Assembly (NCBI GenBank): GCA_051382295.1
Contig: JBBCAW010000002.1
Location: 23,641-87,640 of the forward strand
Origin: Bdellovibrionota bacterium FG-1
GTDB taxonomy: Bacteria; Bdellovibrionota; UBA1018
DNA: 64,000 nucleotides
Direction: 5' to 3'
Shown here: positions 10,343 through 19,431 of the stretch, in pieces
Layout of the letters: every line of letters begins with the position of its first letter
Numbering within the stretch: position 1 is the stretch's first letter
The notes under the pieces: model-generated
What the model saw: only the letters and a program-made list of their open reading frames with translations
Told to the model about the DNA's origin: nothing
The model's database searches: none
Position numbers and translations under genes: made by a program

Positions 10343-11188
10343 ATGGCGGCAAATAAAGGTTCCTCTCATTCAAAACCAACCTCGAAGACTCAGGGGCAAA
10401 AAACCCGTGCCAAGGAGCCTCAAAAAGGTTCAAAGCTGGCGGCCTTGAAGTCAGCGATTTTTGGGGCGGCCAAGCACAAGGCTCAAGTGACTCGGCATGC
10501 ACATGCACATGCGCCGGCCAAAGGGCATGTCAAGGTTGAAAAAAGGGATCATAAGCCTCTTGCTAGGGGCTTCCATAAAAGCAAGGGCGTCGCTGAACAC
10601 GACACTAGCAAGAAGGGCCTGCACGAAAAGGCGGCACCTGCCCCTAAAGAATCATCCGCTAAGACCACTTCTAAGAGTGGTACGCATAAACCCTCTGCTG
10701 CATCGAAGTCGGCCTCTTCGGCGAATCATGACCCCCTTCACCGCAAGGCACCTGGCACGGGGCGTGGTAAAAAGGCAGTTCAGGTTAACGCTGCAACAAG
10801 TTATGGCATCAATCTAGGTTCAGGTCGGATCAGCTATGATTCTAATGGTGAAGCCGTTTGCCGAGAAGTCGCCTGCGAGGGTTTGGCGACCTCGAATGGT
10901 TATTGCCGATTACATTACATCAAAAATTGGAAAAAAATTAAGCGCAAAGAAGTCATCTTAAAAGAGGGTAAGTTGAACCAGTACATCGAAGAACTGGTGG
11001 TCAAATATCCTGAGAAATACATTGAAGCGATTCGCCAAGATCTCGCCAATGACAAGGATTTTGCCAAGGTGATCTACGATCTGGATCTCGATGAATCCGT
11101 CGATGATTTTGACGCCGAAGGTGAGTCGGTGGATGCTGTGATTGGCGATATCAAGCGCGACTTCGATGATGAAGGCGACGGCTTTTAA
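10343..11188 (+). CDS. Hypothetical protein: Lys/His/Ala/Ser-rich N-terminus, C-x4-C...YCRLHY domain, acidic tail
   Basis: Long biased ORF with an ordered C-terminal domain resembling a Bdellovibrio-type conserved hypothetical; start placed at MAANKG. Confidence 0.8.
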   Translation: MAANKGSSHSKPTSKTQGQKTRAKEPQKGSKLAALKSAIFGAAKHKAQVTRHAHAHAPAKGHVKVEKRDHKPLARGFHKSKGVAEHDTSKKGLHEKAAPAPKESSAKTTSKSGTHKPSAASKSASSANHDPLHRKAPGTGRGKKAVQVNAATSYGINLGSGRISYDSNGEAVCREVACEGLATSNGYCRLHYIKNWKKIKRKEVILKEGKLNQYIEELVVKYPEKYIEAIRQDLANDKDFAKVIYDLDLDESVDDFDAEGESVDAVIGDIKRDFDDEGDGF

Positions 11189-11204
11189 GCTCCGCCTTTT
11201 TTAA

Positions 11205-11795
11205 TCAATGGCGTGTTTTATTGGAAGGCCCCGTGACAAAGAGCTTTTCGGTGGCTTCGTGGTCTTCGCTTTCCTCGGCAAGGGCGCTGGGATCGTTCTG
11301 ACGAAGCCATTCATTCGCCAAATGCTCTAGGTGGGGGTTGGCTTTGTCCATTTTGATAAAAATGCGGTACCGCTCTTGTTTCACTTCAGTCCAGTGAAAC
11401 GGAATATTATCCAGCGCGGACAATGAGTGGGAAGCGAGTTGCTCCAGTGTTTCTGGCTTTTCAGGATCTAAAAGCGGGTCAAAGACCAAGCCAATCGCGT
11501 CCACGCAAGCCGATAGCAGATCCTGCACGGTAGGTGTACTTGCTTTGGGATCAAAATCCGTGCTGGCGTAAAAAGTGGTGGCGGCTAACTGGTCTTCTTC
11601 TAATAATGAAATCGCGAGCACCACTTCGTCCACGAAAACCCCGCCACTGGCCTCAAAAAAGAGCTTCCCATTGACTTGACCTTGGAGGGCCTGAAGCCCA
11701 GCGTCAAAATTGGTAGTAAAAACCTCTGCCACCATCTTGAGATAGTCTGCGGGGAGGGGGCTAGAGCGACGAAGATCACCTTTTCTGCGTTCCAT
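11205..11795 (-). CDS. Conserved hypothetical protein
   Basis: ORF with protein-like composition; start placed at MERRKG, downstream of htrA. Confidence 0.75.
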   Translation of the reverse strand: MERRKGDLRRSSPLPADYLKMVAEVFTTNFDAGLQALQGQVNGKLFFEASGGVFVDEVVLAISLLEEDQLAATTFYASTDFDPKASTPTVQDLLSACVDAIGLVFDPLLDPEKPETLEQLASHSLSALDNIPFHWTEVKQERYRIFIKMDKANPHLEHLANEWLRQNDPSALAEESEDHEATEKLFVTGPSNKTRH

Positions 11796-11838
11796 AGACG
11801 GTTTCCATATGAAATCACGCTTGAAAACGCAATTATAA

Positions 11839-12948
11839 TTACAGAATCCCAGCAGGGAGCTTTTCGATTCGTGGCAGCTCTTCGAGCTGAATCTTGATTT
11901 CGAGGGGCTTTTGCCTACGGTAAATCTTGATGACCACAAAATCTTTCGGTTTATGCTTGGCTAGGTTTTTTTCAACGTCAAAGGGTTCCTGAATAGCGAT
12001 CCCATTGATCTGGGTAATGATATCGCCGCTCTGTAATCCTCGGTTTTCGCTGGGGCCTCCTTCGATGAGATGGGTGATCAACACACCTTGAGAAGTCGCG
12101 AGGTTATAATATTGGGCAATTTGCGGTGTCATTCTTTGGCCTAAAATCCCGAGCCAGGGCCTGGGCACGCGTCCGTAACGTTTGAGGGTCGGGATGAGAG
12201 TTTTTGCGACGTTGACCGGAATCGCGAAGCCGATTCCGCCGCTTTGGCCTGTTCGAGAGTAGATGACGGTATTAATTCCGATCACTTCGCCCTTGAGGTT
12301 AAAAAGCGGTCCGCCCGAATTGCCGGGATTAATGGAGGCATCGGTTTGTAAGAAATCGTCAAAAGGTCCTTGGCCGATAGTCCGATTTTTTGCGCTAATG
12401 ATGCCCAGGGTGACGGTATGCTGAAGTCCAAAAGGGTTGCCCACCGCAAAAACGCTTTCAGCGATCCTTAAACGATCCGAATCTCCGAGGGGGACCGGAC
12501 TTAAGTTTGCCGGGACTTTGTGCTCTTTGTCGCGAATTTGGAGGAGGGCTAGATCCATCTTTTGGTCTTTGCCGATGATTTTGGCTTTGAATTCACGTTT
12601 ATCGTAAAAGGTCACCTGCACTTCGGTAGCGTGTTCGACGACGTGGTTATTTGTCAGGATAAAGCCGTCTGGGTCGATAATAAAACCAGAGCCCAGCGAA
12701 GTTTGCTTTTCTTGGTGTTCTTGGGGAAGCCCCCAGAAACGCAAAAAATCCTCCATGCCATAGACTTGGTAGTCAATGACCGTGGTTGAGCTGATATTGA
12801 CCACGCCGGGCAGGACTTTTTCGACCAAATCGGGCAGGTCGGTGGGTGCCAGAGGGGCGCTCCAAGCTGTGGCATTCCAAACTGAAGCCATCGTGAGCGC
12901 TAAAAGGCCAAAATGGAAAGAAGAGCCGAAGGGAATTAAGCAGCGCAT
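11839..12948 (-). CDS. HtrA/DegP-family serine protease with one PDZ domain
   Basis: Signal peptide, GSGFII, TNNHV, DLAL, INPGNSGGPL, PWLGI. Confidence 0.95.
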   Translation of the reverse strand: MRCLIPFGSSFHFGLLALTMASVWNATAWSAPLAPTDLPDLVEKVLPGVVNISSTTVIDYQVYGMEDFLRFWGLPQEHQEKQTSLGSGFIIDPDGFILTNNHVVEHATEVQVTFYDKREFKAKIIGKDQKMDLALLQIRDKEHKVPANLSPVPLGDSDRLRIAESVFAVGNPFGLQHTVTLGIISAKNRTIGQGPFDDFLQTDASINPGNSGGPLFNLKGEVIGINTVIYSRTGQSGGIGFAIPVNVAKTLIPTLKRYGRVPRPWLGILGQRMTPQIAQYYNLATSQGVLITHLIEGGPSENRGLQSGDIITQINGIAIQEPFDVEKNLAKHKPKDFVVIKIYRRQKPLEIKIQLEELPRIEKLPAGIL

Positions 12949-12969
12949 TGCCTCTTAATAACGGGGAGT

Positions 12970-13461
12970 TCAGGGGTTGTAAACGCTTGGGTTGATGCTT
13001 TCGCGAAATTGGGATTCCAGCACGATAGGCGCGACGGTAGAGGCCTCGGGTTTCTCTATTTTCCAGACGCCACCCACGCGCTTGAGTTCAAAAACAACCG
13101 ACTGGTCTCTGTCTTGTAAGGGAACCCGGGTGCCATGGGCATCTCCCACTGCCAGCATCGTGTAATGCACGGTGATAGAGACATGGTTTTTGTCGTGTCC
13201 GATCCACTCGCTCGGACCTAGGTGATAATCCTTTGCAATAAAAAAGGAATCTAGGTTAGGGGCTTCTTTCCAGAAAGTGAAAGCCTTCCGTTCTGCATCC
13301 AGCAGGCCTGACCAAACAAAACCCGAGGCATCGCGAGCGCAATAATAGGCGACGACTTCGTCTGGGGTCTTGAAAGTGTTATTGACGCGGAGTTGCTCGG
13401 TTGATCCGGCCAGTGCATGAGTGGACAGCAACAAAAGTCCAAAAAAGAGAGTTCTTTTCAT
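12970..13461 (-). CDS. Small exported protein (possible NTF2-like fold)
   Basis: Signal peptide MKRTLFFGLLLLSTHALA; TPDEVV..Y and FELKRVGGVWKI patterns; ATGA overlap with upstream gene. Confidence 0.75.
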   Translation of the reverse strand: MKRTLFFGLLLLSTHALAGSTEQLRVNNTFKTPDEVVAYYCARDASGFVWSGLLDAERKAFTFWKEAPNLDSFFIAKDYHLGPSEWIGHDKNHVSITVHYTMLAVGDAHGTRVPLQDRDQSVVFELKRVGGVWKIEKPEASTVAPIVLESQFRESINPSVYNP

Positions 13462-15185
13462 TTGTGCGCCACTCCATGGTCTTTGTAAGCGCAGGCTCGG
13501 TTAGAGGTCGGTTTTAATCTCAGAAGATAAAGTCCGGGGCGAAGATAGCGTTCGCGGGCATCTACCGGGTCGGCAGATAACGAAAAGCCTCGTTCTCGGA
13601 TTCCGCCCGCGCTTTGAGCGGCTTCGATGACTTCGGCATGAAGCATTCGGGGATTGTAGCTCCGGATCAAAAAAATATGTCCAATAGGTTCAGTGAGCAC
13701 CCGGTATACGAGAAGGTCTCCGGGGGCGAGGTCGTCGCCGGCGTAGACGTCTAGGGCGTAAAAACCTTGAGCGACCTCTTTAACCAGTTTCTCGCGTTCC
13801 GGGGTATAAATGGGCGGACGTTTAAAGTTCATGGTGCGGCGATAAGTCCACATCATTTTGTAGTCCAGCGTCGTAAACCGACCTTTGCGGAGATCTGCGG
13901 GCAAAATGGAACTCACAAAAGAGGAGCAGTCCATCGAGGTTGCACTTCCTCCGAGTACATAACCATTATGTAATAAGACGGGGGAGTGGGTTTTGCCATT
14001 AGCGGCAATCACTTTTGGGCGCTCGACTAAGGAAAGTTGCGGGAGTAGGCGCGCGCGTTCTTGCGCGGGGAGCCCATTGAACATCACAAGACGGTTGGTT
14101 AAAGCGTCTGCGCTCGTGGCGGCTTGGCTGGGTGCGCGCCCTGGGCGGTCCCCAAAAATATTAGCCAACGCGGCGGAACGGGCCAGGGGTCCCAGGACGG
14201 CGCTCGGCTCTTCGTTATTTTGAGGAGGCAGGATGCCTTGAAAGGGCGTTTGATCGCCCAGGGTGGGTTTATGGGTAGGTTGCTGATTGAGAGCGTCGAG
14301 TCCGAGTTGGGCTTTGTCGCGGGCATTGAGAAAAATATTTCTAAAGCGAGCGGCTTCGCTGGGGTCCAGTGAAGTGGATTGCGCATTTTGAAGGAGGTCA
14401 GCGGCGGAGCTCAAAGCCTTTTGCGCGCGACTCAAGTAAGGAGCCAAGGCCTGAGTGGGGAGTTCGCGATAGGGTTCCGCGACTGTCTGGTAATCCCGCC
14501 CGGCCTTCTGTTCGTTGGCTTGGTAAGCTGCGATGCCGGCTTCGACTAACTCGGTCCCGGCTGTATCATTGGCGATATCGGCCGCAGAGCTAAAGGTATC
14601 GATGAGATTACTATTGGCTTGCGCGGTGGTTCCTCCATTGACGGAAGGGGGAACATTAAAATCAGCAGTTCCCGCTGCAACAGCTGGGGTTCTGGTAGCG
14701 GCGGCGGGCAGGTTAGTGGCGGCTACCGCAGCCGGGGCCCGCACGGGCGGCGGTTCTGGTGGGGCTGGCGGTTCCGGCGGAGTAAAAACAGGAACCGAAG
14801 GTAAGGCAAAATTGGTGCTGGTGCAATCCCCCGTGCCGTGGCCGCTCCCGAGGGCCGCCGCGAGTGGACGAAATGTTATGGTTGGGTTGAGTGAGGTGGA
14901 TGAAGGGGCGGGTTCGACTGCTCTGGGATTCACTAAATAGGCATTTGAAGGGTGATCGACTGGACGAACTTCTGCGGCATTCGAATCTTTTGGATTCATC
15001 CGCACCCAAGCCACAGTACCCGCTGGAATAGGGAGGCCACTCTCTACCGTGACGGCTTTGTCTCGGGGAAGGGCTAACGAATTCACCTTGCGAAGCTCAA
15101 ACCCCTTTTCGGGAGGTTGTGGAAGATCACTCGCCCCGAGGAGGACGATTGCGACACTGAGCAAAGTGAACTTCGAGTGCCGCAT
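13458..15185 (-). CDS. Exported protein with Pro-rich linker and C-terminal NlpC/P60-like cysteine hydrolase domain
   Basis: GYVLGG...MDCSSFV, LAPGDLLVY, GHIFL, VIEAA. Confidence 0.75.
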   Translation of the reverse strand: MRHSKFTLLSVAIVLLGASDLPQPPEKGFELRKVNSLALPRDKAVTVESGLPIPAGTVAWVRMNPKDSNAAEVRPVDHPSNAYLVNPRAVEPAPSSTSLNPTITFRPLAAALGSGHGTGDCTSTNFALPSVPVFTPPEPPAPPEPPPVRAPAAVAATNLPAAATRTPAVAAGTADFNVPPSVNGGTTAQANSNLIDTFSSAADIANDTAGTELVEAGIAAYQANEQKAGRDYQTVAEPYRELPTQALAPYLSRAQKALSSAADLLQNAQSTSLDPSEAARFRNIFLNARDKAQLGLDALNQQPTHKPTLGDQTPFQGILPPQNNEEPSAVLGPLARSAALANIFGDRPGRAPSQAATSADALTNRLVMFNGLPAQERARLLPQLSLVERPKVIAANGKTHSPVLLHNGYVLGGSATSMDCSSFVSSILPADLRKGRFTTLDYKMMWTYRRTMNFKRPPIYTPEREKLVKEVAQGFYALDVYAGDDLAPGDLLVYRVLTEPIGHIFLIRSYNPRMLHAEVIEAAQSAGGIRERGFSLSADPVDARERYLRPGLYLLRLKPTSNRACAYKDHGVAHK

Positions 15186-16021
15186 TAGATTTCAAGCCCC
15201 CCGTGGGGTGCTTGACTGGTCGAAGCGGGCCCAGATCGGGGCGTGTTATTGGGGTCTTGGGCAGTCCCATCGTTGGGACATTTGTTTCCGTCAAAAATAC
15301 CCTGGGGAATGATTCCATTCAAAAAATGATTCGCATCTCTGCCCTGGTGGGACTGGCACTGCGCGATTCTTTCGTAAAAACCCAGGCCATAACAACCGAG
15401 GTAGCGGATATGGTGTGCTTGGAGCATGGGGCAATAGCCACCGCCATCATCTCCTCGTTCGGCCCTACAGATATGGCGGGCGTCGTTTCGGCCGAGGGTG
15501 AATTCTTCTTGGCAGAGCACCTCTTGCGGGGAAATGGACTGGTGGGGGCCATCGCGATCGGTCATTTCGTATAATCTTTTGGCCAATACACCAATGGCCG
15601 TGCGGACTCCGCTGATACAGCACTGTTGCTCGGCGGAGTCGGATTTAAAATTCTGACAAACCCGGCGCTCTGGGAGCTGTACCGATCTGCGATCAGGAGG
15701 AGGGTAATTGATGGGCGTGGTGAAATAAAATCGTTGCCCTGCGAGTCCTTGTTTGAAGCCTTGGTTGAAAGGAGACTGGTCTTTAGGGCCGCCACTGCAC
15801 CCGGATTCTTTAGCGGGATTGGGGGGGGCGATTTGTGAAGCGAAAGGAAGTGCATAGAGGGGGGCGTCGTCTGAGAATTGCCCTTGCGACTCGGCCGCTG
15901 TGAGGTGGCTGAGTTCATCTTCGGTAGTGATGGCTGTATCAACGGCCGATGCGGGGCAAGAAGAGAATGCCCAGGTGAGTCCTAGGATGGCTAAGGTGAA
16001 CAGATGATTGGAAGAGGCCAT
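15185..16021 (-). CDS. Exported Cys-rich hypothetical protein
   Basis: Signal-like MASSNHLFTLAILGLTWAFSSCPASA; about 10 Cys; start uncertain. Confidence 0.7.
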   Translation of the reverse strand: MASSNHLFTLAILGLTWAFSSCPASAVDTAITTEDELSHLTAAESQGQFSDDAPLYALPFASQIAPPNPAKESGCSGGPKDQSPFNQGFKQGLAGQRFYFTTPINYPPPDRRSVQLPERRVCQNFKSDSAEQQCCISGVRTAIGVLAKRLYEMTDRDGPHQSISPQEVLCQEEFTLGRNDARHICRAERGDDGGGYCPMLQAHHIRYLGCYGLGFYERIAQCQSHQGRDANHFLNGIIPQGIFDGNKCPNDGTAQDPNNTPRSGPASTSQAPHGGLEI

Positions 16022-16098
16022 GATGGCAAAGATCCCCCTGTTATTTATGATACGGGGGATTGTATTATTTGTCAAGTATTTGAAATCATTGAATAAGT

Positions 16099-16899
16099 TT
16101 AACCAGAAACGCAATACTTCTCGTGATCACAGTGCTTGATTACCGCGGTCTCAACGCAGGTGGGATCATCGGGGGAGCAAAGGGTGCACTGATCTCCGGC
16201 GTTCTTGCCGGCGCAGGGCTCGTCATTTCCAGGTAGGACGTAGTATTTAGTGACCAAAGTGTCGAGCACATTGTAGAGCGCGCGGGCCTCAGGCAGTTTG
16301 CCGTTATAACAGGTCCTCTCGCTTTGCGTATCGACATCATAGATGGTCAGAGTGGACCCATCTGTAAAACGCATTTTAATGGCGACGCTCGACATCCCTG
16401 GGCGTGAGTCGGTGTGAAAGCAGGTCAGCCAAGATAAAAAATCTTGATTCGCGACGACATCGGCTACGGCTGATAATTGAACGAGCTCGCTGGGCGTAAT
16501 CCAACCATGGGCATGGGGTGGGGTATTATTTCCCTGGAAATAGTAGCCATCACTTCGGACCCAAAAGCCGTCTCGTCCCTTGCAAAGAGGAAAAGGACAT
16601 TCGGTCGTTTCAGATGCGATATTCCAAGTGATGATCAAAGAAGGCGTCGGAGTGGGACTCGGGCTAGCGCTCACGCTAGGACTTGGGCTTGGGGTTGGTG
16701 GGGTCTCCGACGGTGCTGGGGTGGCTGCAGTGCCTGGTTGCTGGGGTACTGTGGATGTTTGAGTGACGGTCGGAGCGGGTGGAGGAGGGGTTCCTGGTGA
16801 ATCACTGCACGAGGCGTTCAGCAACGACCACCCCGCACTGATCATGAGCAAAAAAACAATTGCCGGTCGCCTTGTTGATCCAACCCATAGCCTTTTCAT
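16099..16899 (-). CDS. Putative lipoprotein with Pro/Thr/Ser linker and C-terminal Cys-rich module
   Basis: Lipobox-like LNAS-C; C-terminal CAGKNAGDQCTLCSPDDPTCVETAVIKHC. Confidence 0.75.
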   Translation of the reverse strand: MKRLWVGSTRRPAIVFLLMISAGWSLLNASCSDSPGTPPPPAPTVTQTSTVPQQPGTAATPAPSETPPTPSPSPSVSASPSPTPTPSLIITWNIASETTECPFPLCKGRDGFWVRSDGYYFQGNNTPPHAHGWITPSELVQLSAVADVVANQDFLSWLTCFHTDSRPGMSSVAIKMRFTDGSTLTIYDVDTQSERTCYNGKLPEARALYNVLDTLVTKYYVLPGNDEPCAGKNAGDQCTLCSPDDPTCVETAVIKHCDHEKYCVSG

Positions 16900-16911
16900 G
16901 GCTATTTTAAG

Positions 16912-16927
16912 TGCAAACGCGGAACCA
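16912..16927 (-). promoter_or_regulatory. Sigma54-type -24/-12 promoter
   Basis: TGGTTCCGCGTTTGCA (GG-N10-GC), about 13 nt before ATG at 16899. Confidence 0.6.
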
Positions 16928-16988
16928 AGTTGAAGTGAGGAGGTATTGTCTGGTCATTCGTTGTATATACTGGTATTGTAATACATGT

Positions 16989-17306
16989 ATGAATGCAGAC
17001 CTGATTTATTATCGGCGAGTTACGAAGCTGACTACTGATGGACGCGAAATCGACATTCGAATGGATCTTTTTCAAATCCCAGCAACAGATGCTGACAAGT
17101 ATCCGGGAAGCGTCAAGTTTAGCTGGATCGCTTTTGAACGAGAAAACCCTGAACGATACGTTCTTTTTGATTCACACCCTCCCAAGGGACCGCATTCGCA
17201 TACTCCCAGCGGTGATGAAATTTTGCTGAGTTGGACAAACGTTGGAGAAATGGAAGATCGATTTTTCAAGGCAATTGAGACCCACTTTGGTTCTCTAAAA
17301 GGATAG
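16989..17306 (+). CDS. DUF6516/TumE-like putative toxin
   Basis: YPGSVKFSWI...LFDSHPPKGPHSH resembles the family motif; lies upstream of an HTH partner. Confidence 0.65.
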   Translation: MNADLIYYRRVTKLTTDGREIDIRMDLFQIPATDADKYPGSVKFSWIAFERENPERYVLFDSHPPKGPHSHTPSGDEILLSWTNVGEMEDRFFKAIETHFGSLKG

Positions 17307-17313
17307 GAGAAGT

Positions 17314-17733
17314 ATGAAAACCTATACATTTCGAGTGAAGCCTCAAACCAGGCAAGCCGTACTGAAAGAAATGGAAGCAGTCATCAAGACTGGGATTCCA
17401 AACATACAAAAGGACGAGATGTTGTGTGACAGTATGGAGGTGCTTCTCAAGGCCATCAGCAGCGCTCGAATGGATGCTTGGCAGGTCATTGTGCGCGACA
17501 AGCCCGAATCGATTTATGAGCTTTCGCAAATTCTCAAAAAAGACCAGTCCAACGTTTTGCGAGACGTTCGCGCTCTCGAATCCATGGGACTGATCGAGCT
17601 AAAACCACTTAAAGATGGAGAGAGGGAGAAGTTTAGGCCTCAGTCACTCTATGAAAGAGTCGTTGTCATTGTCGAGCCAGGTGTAGAAGAAACACCCATT
17701 CATCCCGAAGTGAAGACTGCGCGTGCTGGCTAA
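17314..17733 (+). CDS. HVO_A0114-like winged-helix regulator (putative antitoxin)
   Basis: KPESIYELSQILKKDQSNVLRDVRALESMGLI; RBS AGGAG. Confidence 0.8.
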   Translation: MKTYTFRVKPQTRQAVLKEMEAVIKTGIPNIQKDEMLCDSMEVLLKAISSARMDAWQVIVRDKPESIYELSQILKKDQSNVLRDVRALESMGLIELKPLKDGEREKFRPQSLYERVVVIVEPGVEETPIHPEVKTARAG

Positions 17734-17905
17734 CCGGAGGGATTTGGTCGATAGCGATGTCAAATAATTACCATATCGCACTGCGTCACGCGATGTCTTT
17801 TCCTGTCCATCGCATCGGATAACGGCGAACCCGGAATTAATTCAGGGAAAACATCACAAAAATTAAGAAAATTAAGAAAAGTTTAAAGTCCCCGAAGAGA
17901 AGATT

Positions 17906-18022
17906 ATGAGGAAATCGCCCTCGTGGGTGAGCACGCTCATTGTCTATACGTGTGTCATGACCGTAACACCGCAAACGGTGTGGGCAGGTACCTGTAGTGC
18001 AATATATATGGCAGTATGGTAA
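17906..18022 (+). pseudogene. Signal-peptide-only remnant of an exported protein
   Basis: MRKSPSWVSTLIVYTCVMTVTPQTVWA-GTCS then stops just before the next TA pair. Confidence 0.35.
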
Positions 18023-18043
18023 GCTGGCACTTGTGAGGTTAAT

Positions 18044-18313
18044 ATGAGAAAAACGACGATCTATCTTGAGGACGATGAACTTGAACAACTGAAGCAAAGG
18101 GCATTCTTAATGAATACGTCGGTGGCCGACTTGATTCGTAAGGTCATTAAGTCGTTGATTACGCCAGCCTCATTTAAAGAGAAAAAGGCGCTCAAGGCAC
18201 TCGCTGAAATTCGCAAAGAGTTTGCGGACGTAAACCCAAAGTCTTTGATGAACGACGTGATTGAAGCGCAGCGGGACATTCGCAATGCGAAAAAAACTAA
18301 AAATCGTCGTTGA
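18044..18313 (+). CDS. CopG/ribbon-helix-helix antitoxin
   Basis: MRKTTIYLEDDELEQLK...SVADLIRK; overlaps PIN gene start. Confidence 0.8.
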   Translation: MRKTTIYLEDDELEQLKQRAFLMNTSVADLIRKVIKSLITPASFKEKKALKALAEIRKEFADVNPKSLMNDVIEAQRDIRNAKKTKNRR

Positions 18314-18530
18314 TACCAACGTCATCGTAAGTGGCTTGCTCGTGCCCGGCAGCAGCCCTGCAAAGATCATTGATGCGTGGATTGCGGGCCGGTCTTTTCA
18401 GCCCATGATATCAAGAGATTTGATGACTGAAGTTAACGAGGTTTTGCGCCGTCCCAAGATCAAGGCCCGACTGACAAAGAAAAGGATGATCTTTTGCGCC
18501 TGGCACAGTCGCAATCTCGTTGTGACTTAA
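18285..18530 (+). pseudogene. Truncated PIN-domain toxin (N-terminal ~70 aa only)
   Basis: KIVVDTNVIVSGLL..GSSPAKII...EVLRRPKI; C-terminal acidic catalytic residues absent. Confidence 0.8.
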
Positions 18531-18982
18531 GAAGCCTTTTCAAGCTCCTCGCGCACGATCTGGCGGACCTGATCGGCAGTCACGACGCCTGAGCCTTTTT
18601 CAGCTTCCATCAGGAGCTTGAGCTTGGAATTCATGAGCGTCTGATAAGGAATCCCAGTGCGCTGGCTTTCAGTGTAGAGCCAGTTGAAAATGTCCAGATC
18701 GATGCGGAAAGTCTTGGCGATCTTCGCATTCTTGAACTTGGCTCCGACGGGCTTGCCCTTCATAATCTTAGCTTTGTGCTCGGCCTTATTAAATCCATTA
18801 CCATTTGCCAGCATCATATCGACAAAGGCGCTCGATGTGTCGGTGGGACTGAATACGCAGGGATACACTGTTTTGATTGAATCACTCTCGCTGCAGATTG
18901 GATAGCCTGCTGCATGAGCAGCGAACGAGGTCATGAGTGTCGATAGCAAAATAAAGCAGGGAATAAGCTTTGTCAGTTTCAT
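18527..18982 (-). pseudogene. Chimera: exported-protein N-terminus fused to BrnA-like antitoxin C-terminus
   Basis: AAGGA RBS, signal peptide MKLTKLIPCFILLSTLMTSFAAHA, then KIAKTFRIDLDIFNWL...GIPYQTLMNSKL. Confidence 0.65.
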
Positions 18983-19044
18983 ATGAGTATCCTTGTGCGC
19001 CGGGATGAACCGGCGGGTTTGTAATTTTTTACTGAACGAGGGTG

Positions 19045-19385
19045 AGGGGATGTCAGAAATGCCATGTCTTTCGACCAGGTCTCTGAAAATCAGAACGTTA
19101 TAGTATTCCTGAAGAATCTGGATTCTGAGGTGTGGCGGCGAAAACAGGACTTCGGGAAAACCTCCTATTTGCAAATAGTCTGTCAAAAGAGTGCGAAGCT
19201 GCGCCTTGGATGCGGGGGTATGGCCTGGGTGGAGATGGGTGATTTGGGTTGAAACATACTCTTCAAAACTGAAAGGAAATACTTCCAGGCTAATGGATCG
19301 GCCTCGAAGTTCGGTGGCGATTTCGGTGCTGAGGAGTTTTGCGCTGGAACCCGTGATAAATACTTGGCGTTTAGGAGTTCGATGT
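19045..19385 (-). pseudogene. Internal fragment of an AAA_14/DUF4143 ATPase
   Basis: Manual translation QVFITGSSAKLLSTEIATELRGRSISLEVFPFSFEEY...GGFPEV...QEYYNVLIFRDLVERH aligns with the intact gene at 22960-24285; ends approximate. Confidence 0.85.
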
Positions 19386-19431
19386 GCGCAGGTCGAATGG
19401 TGAGTGTAAGTGATCGCAGTGGCTCTGTGAC

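Noticed and set aside
10245..10508. Long N-terminal extension of the nagA ORF
   Set aside because: Overlaps the divergent gene at 10343 and shows no NagA-like sequence
17859..17880. AAATTAAGAAA motif also seen near 22028 and 29752
   Set aside because: Low-complexity AT-rich sequence, at most IHF-like or bending tracts; cannot be distinguished from chance by eye
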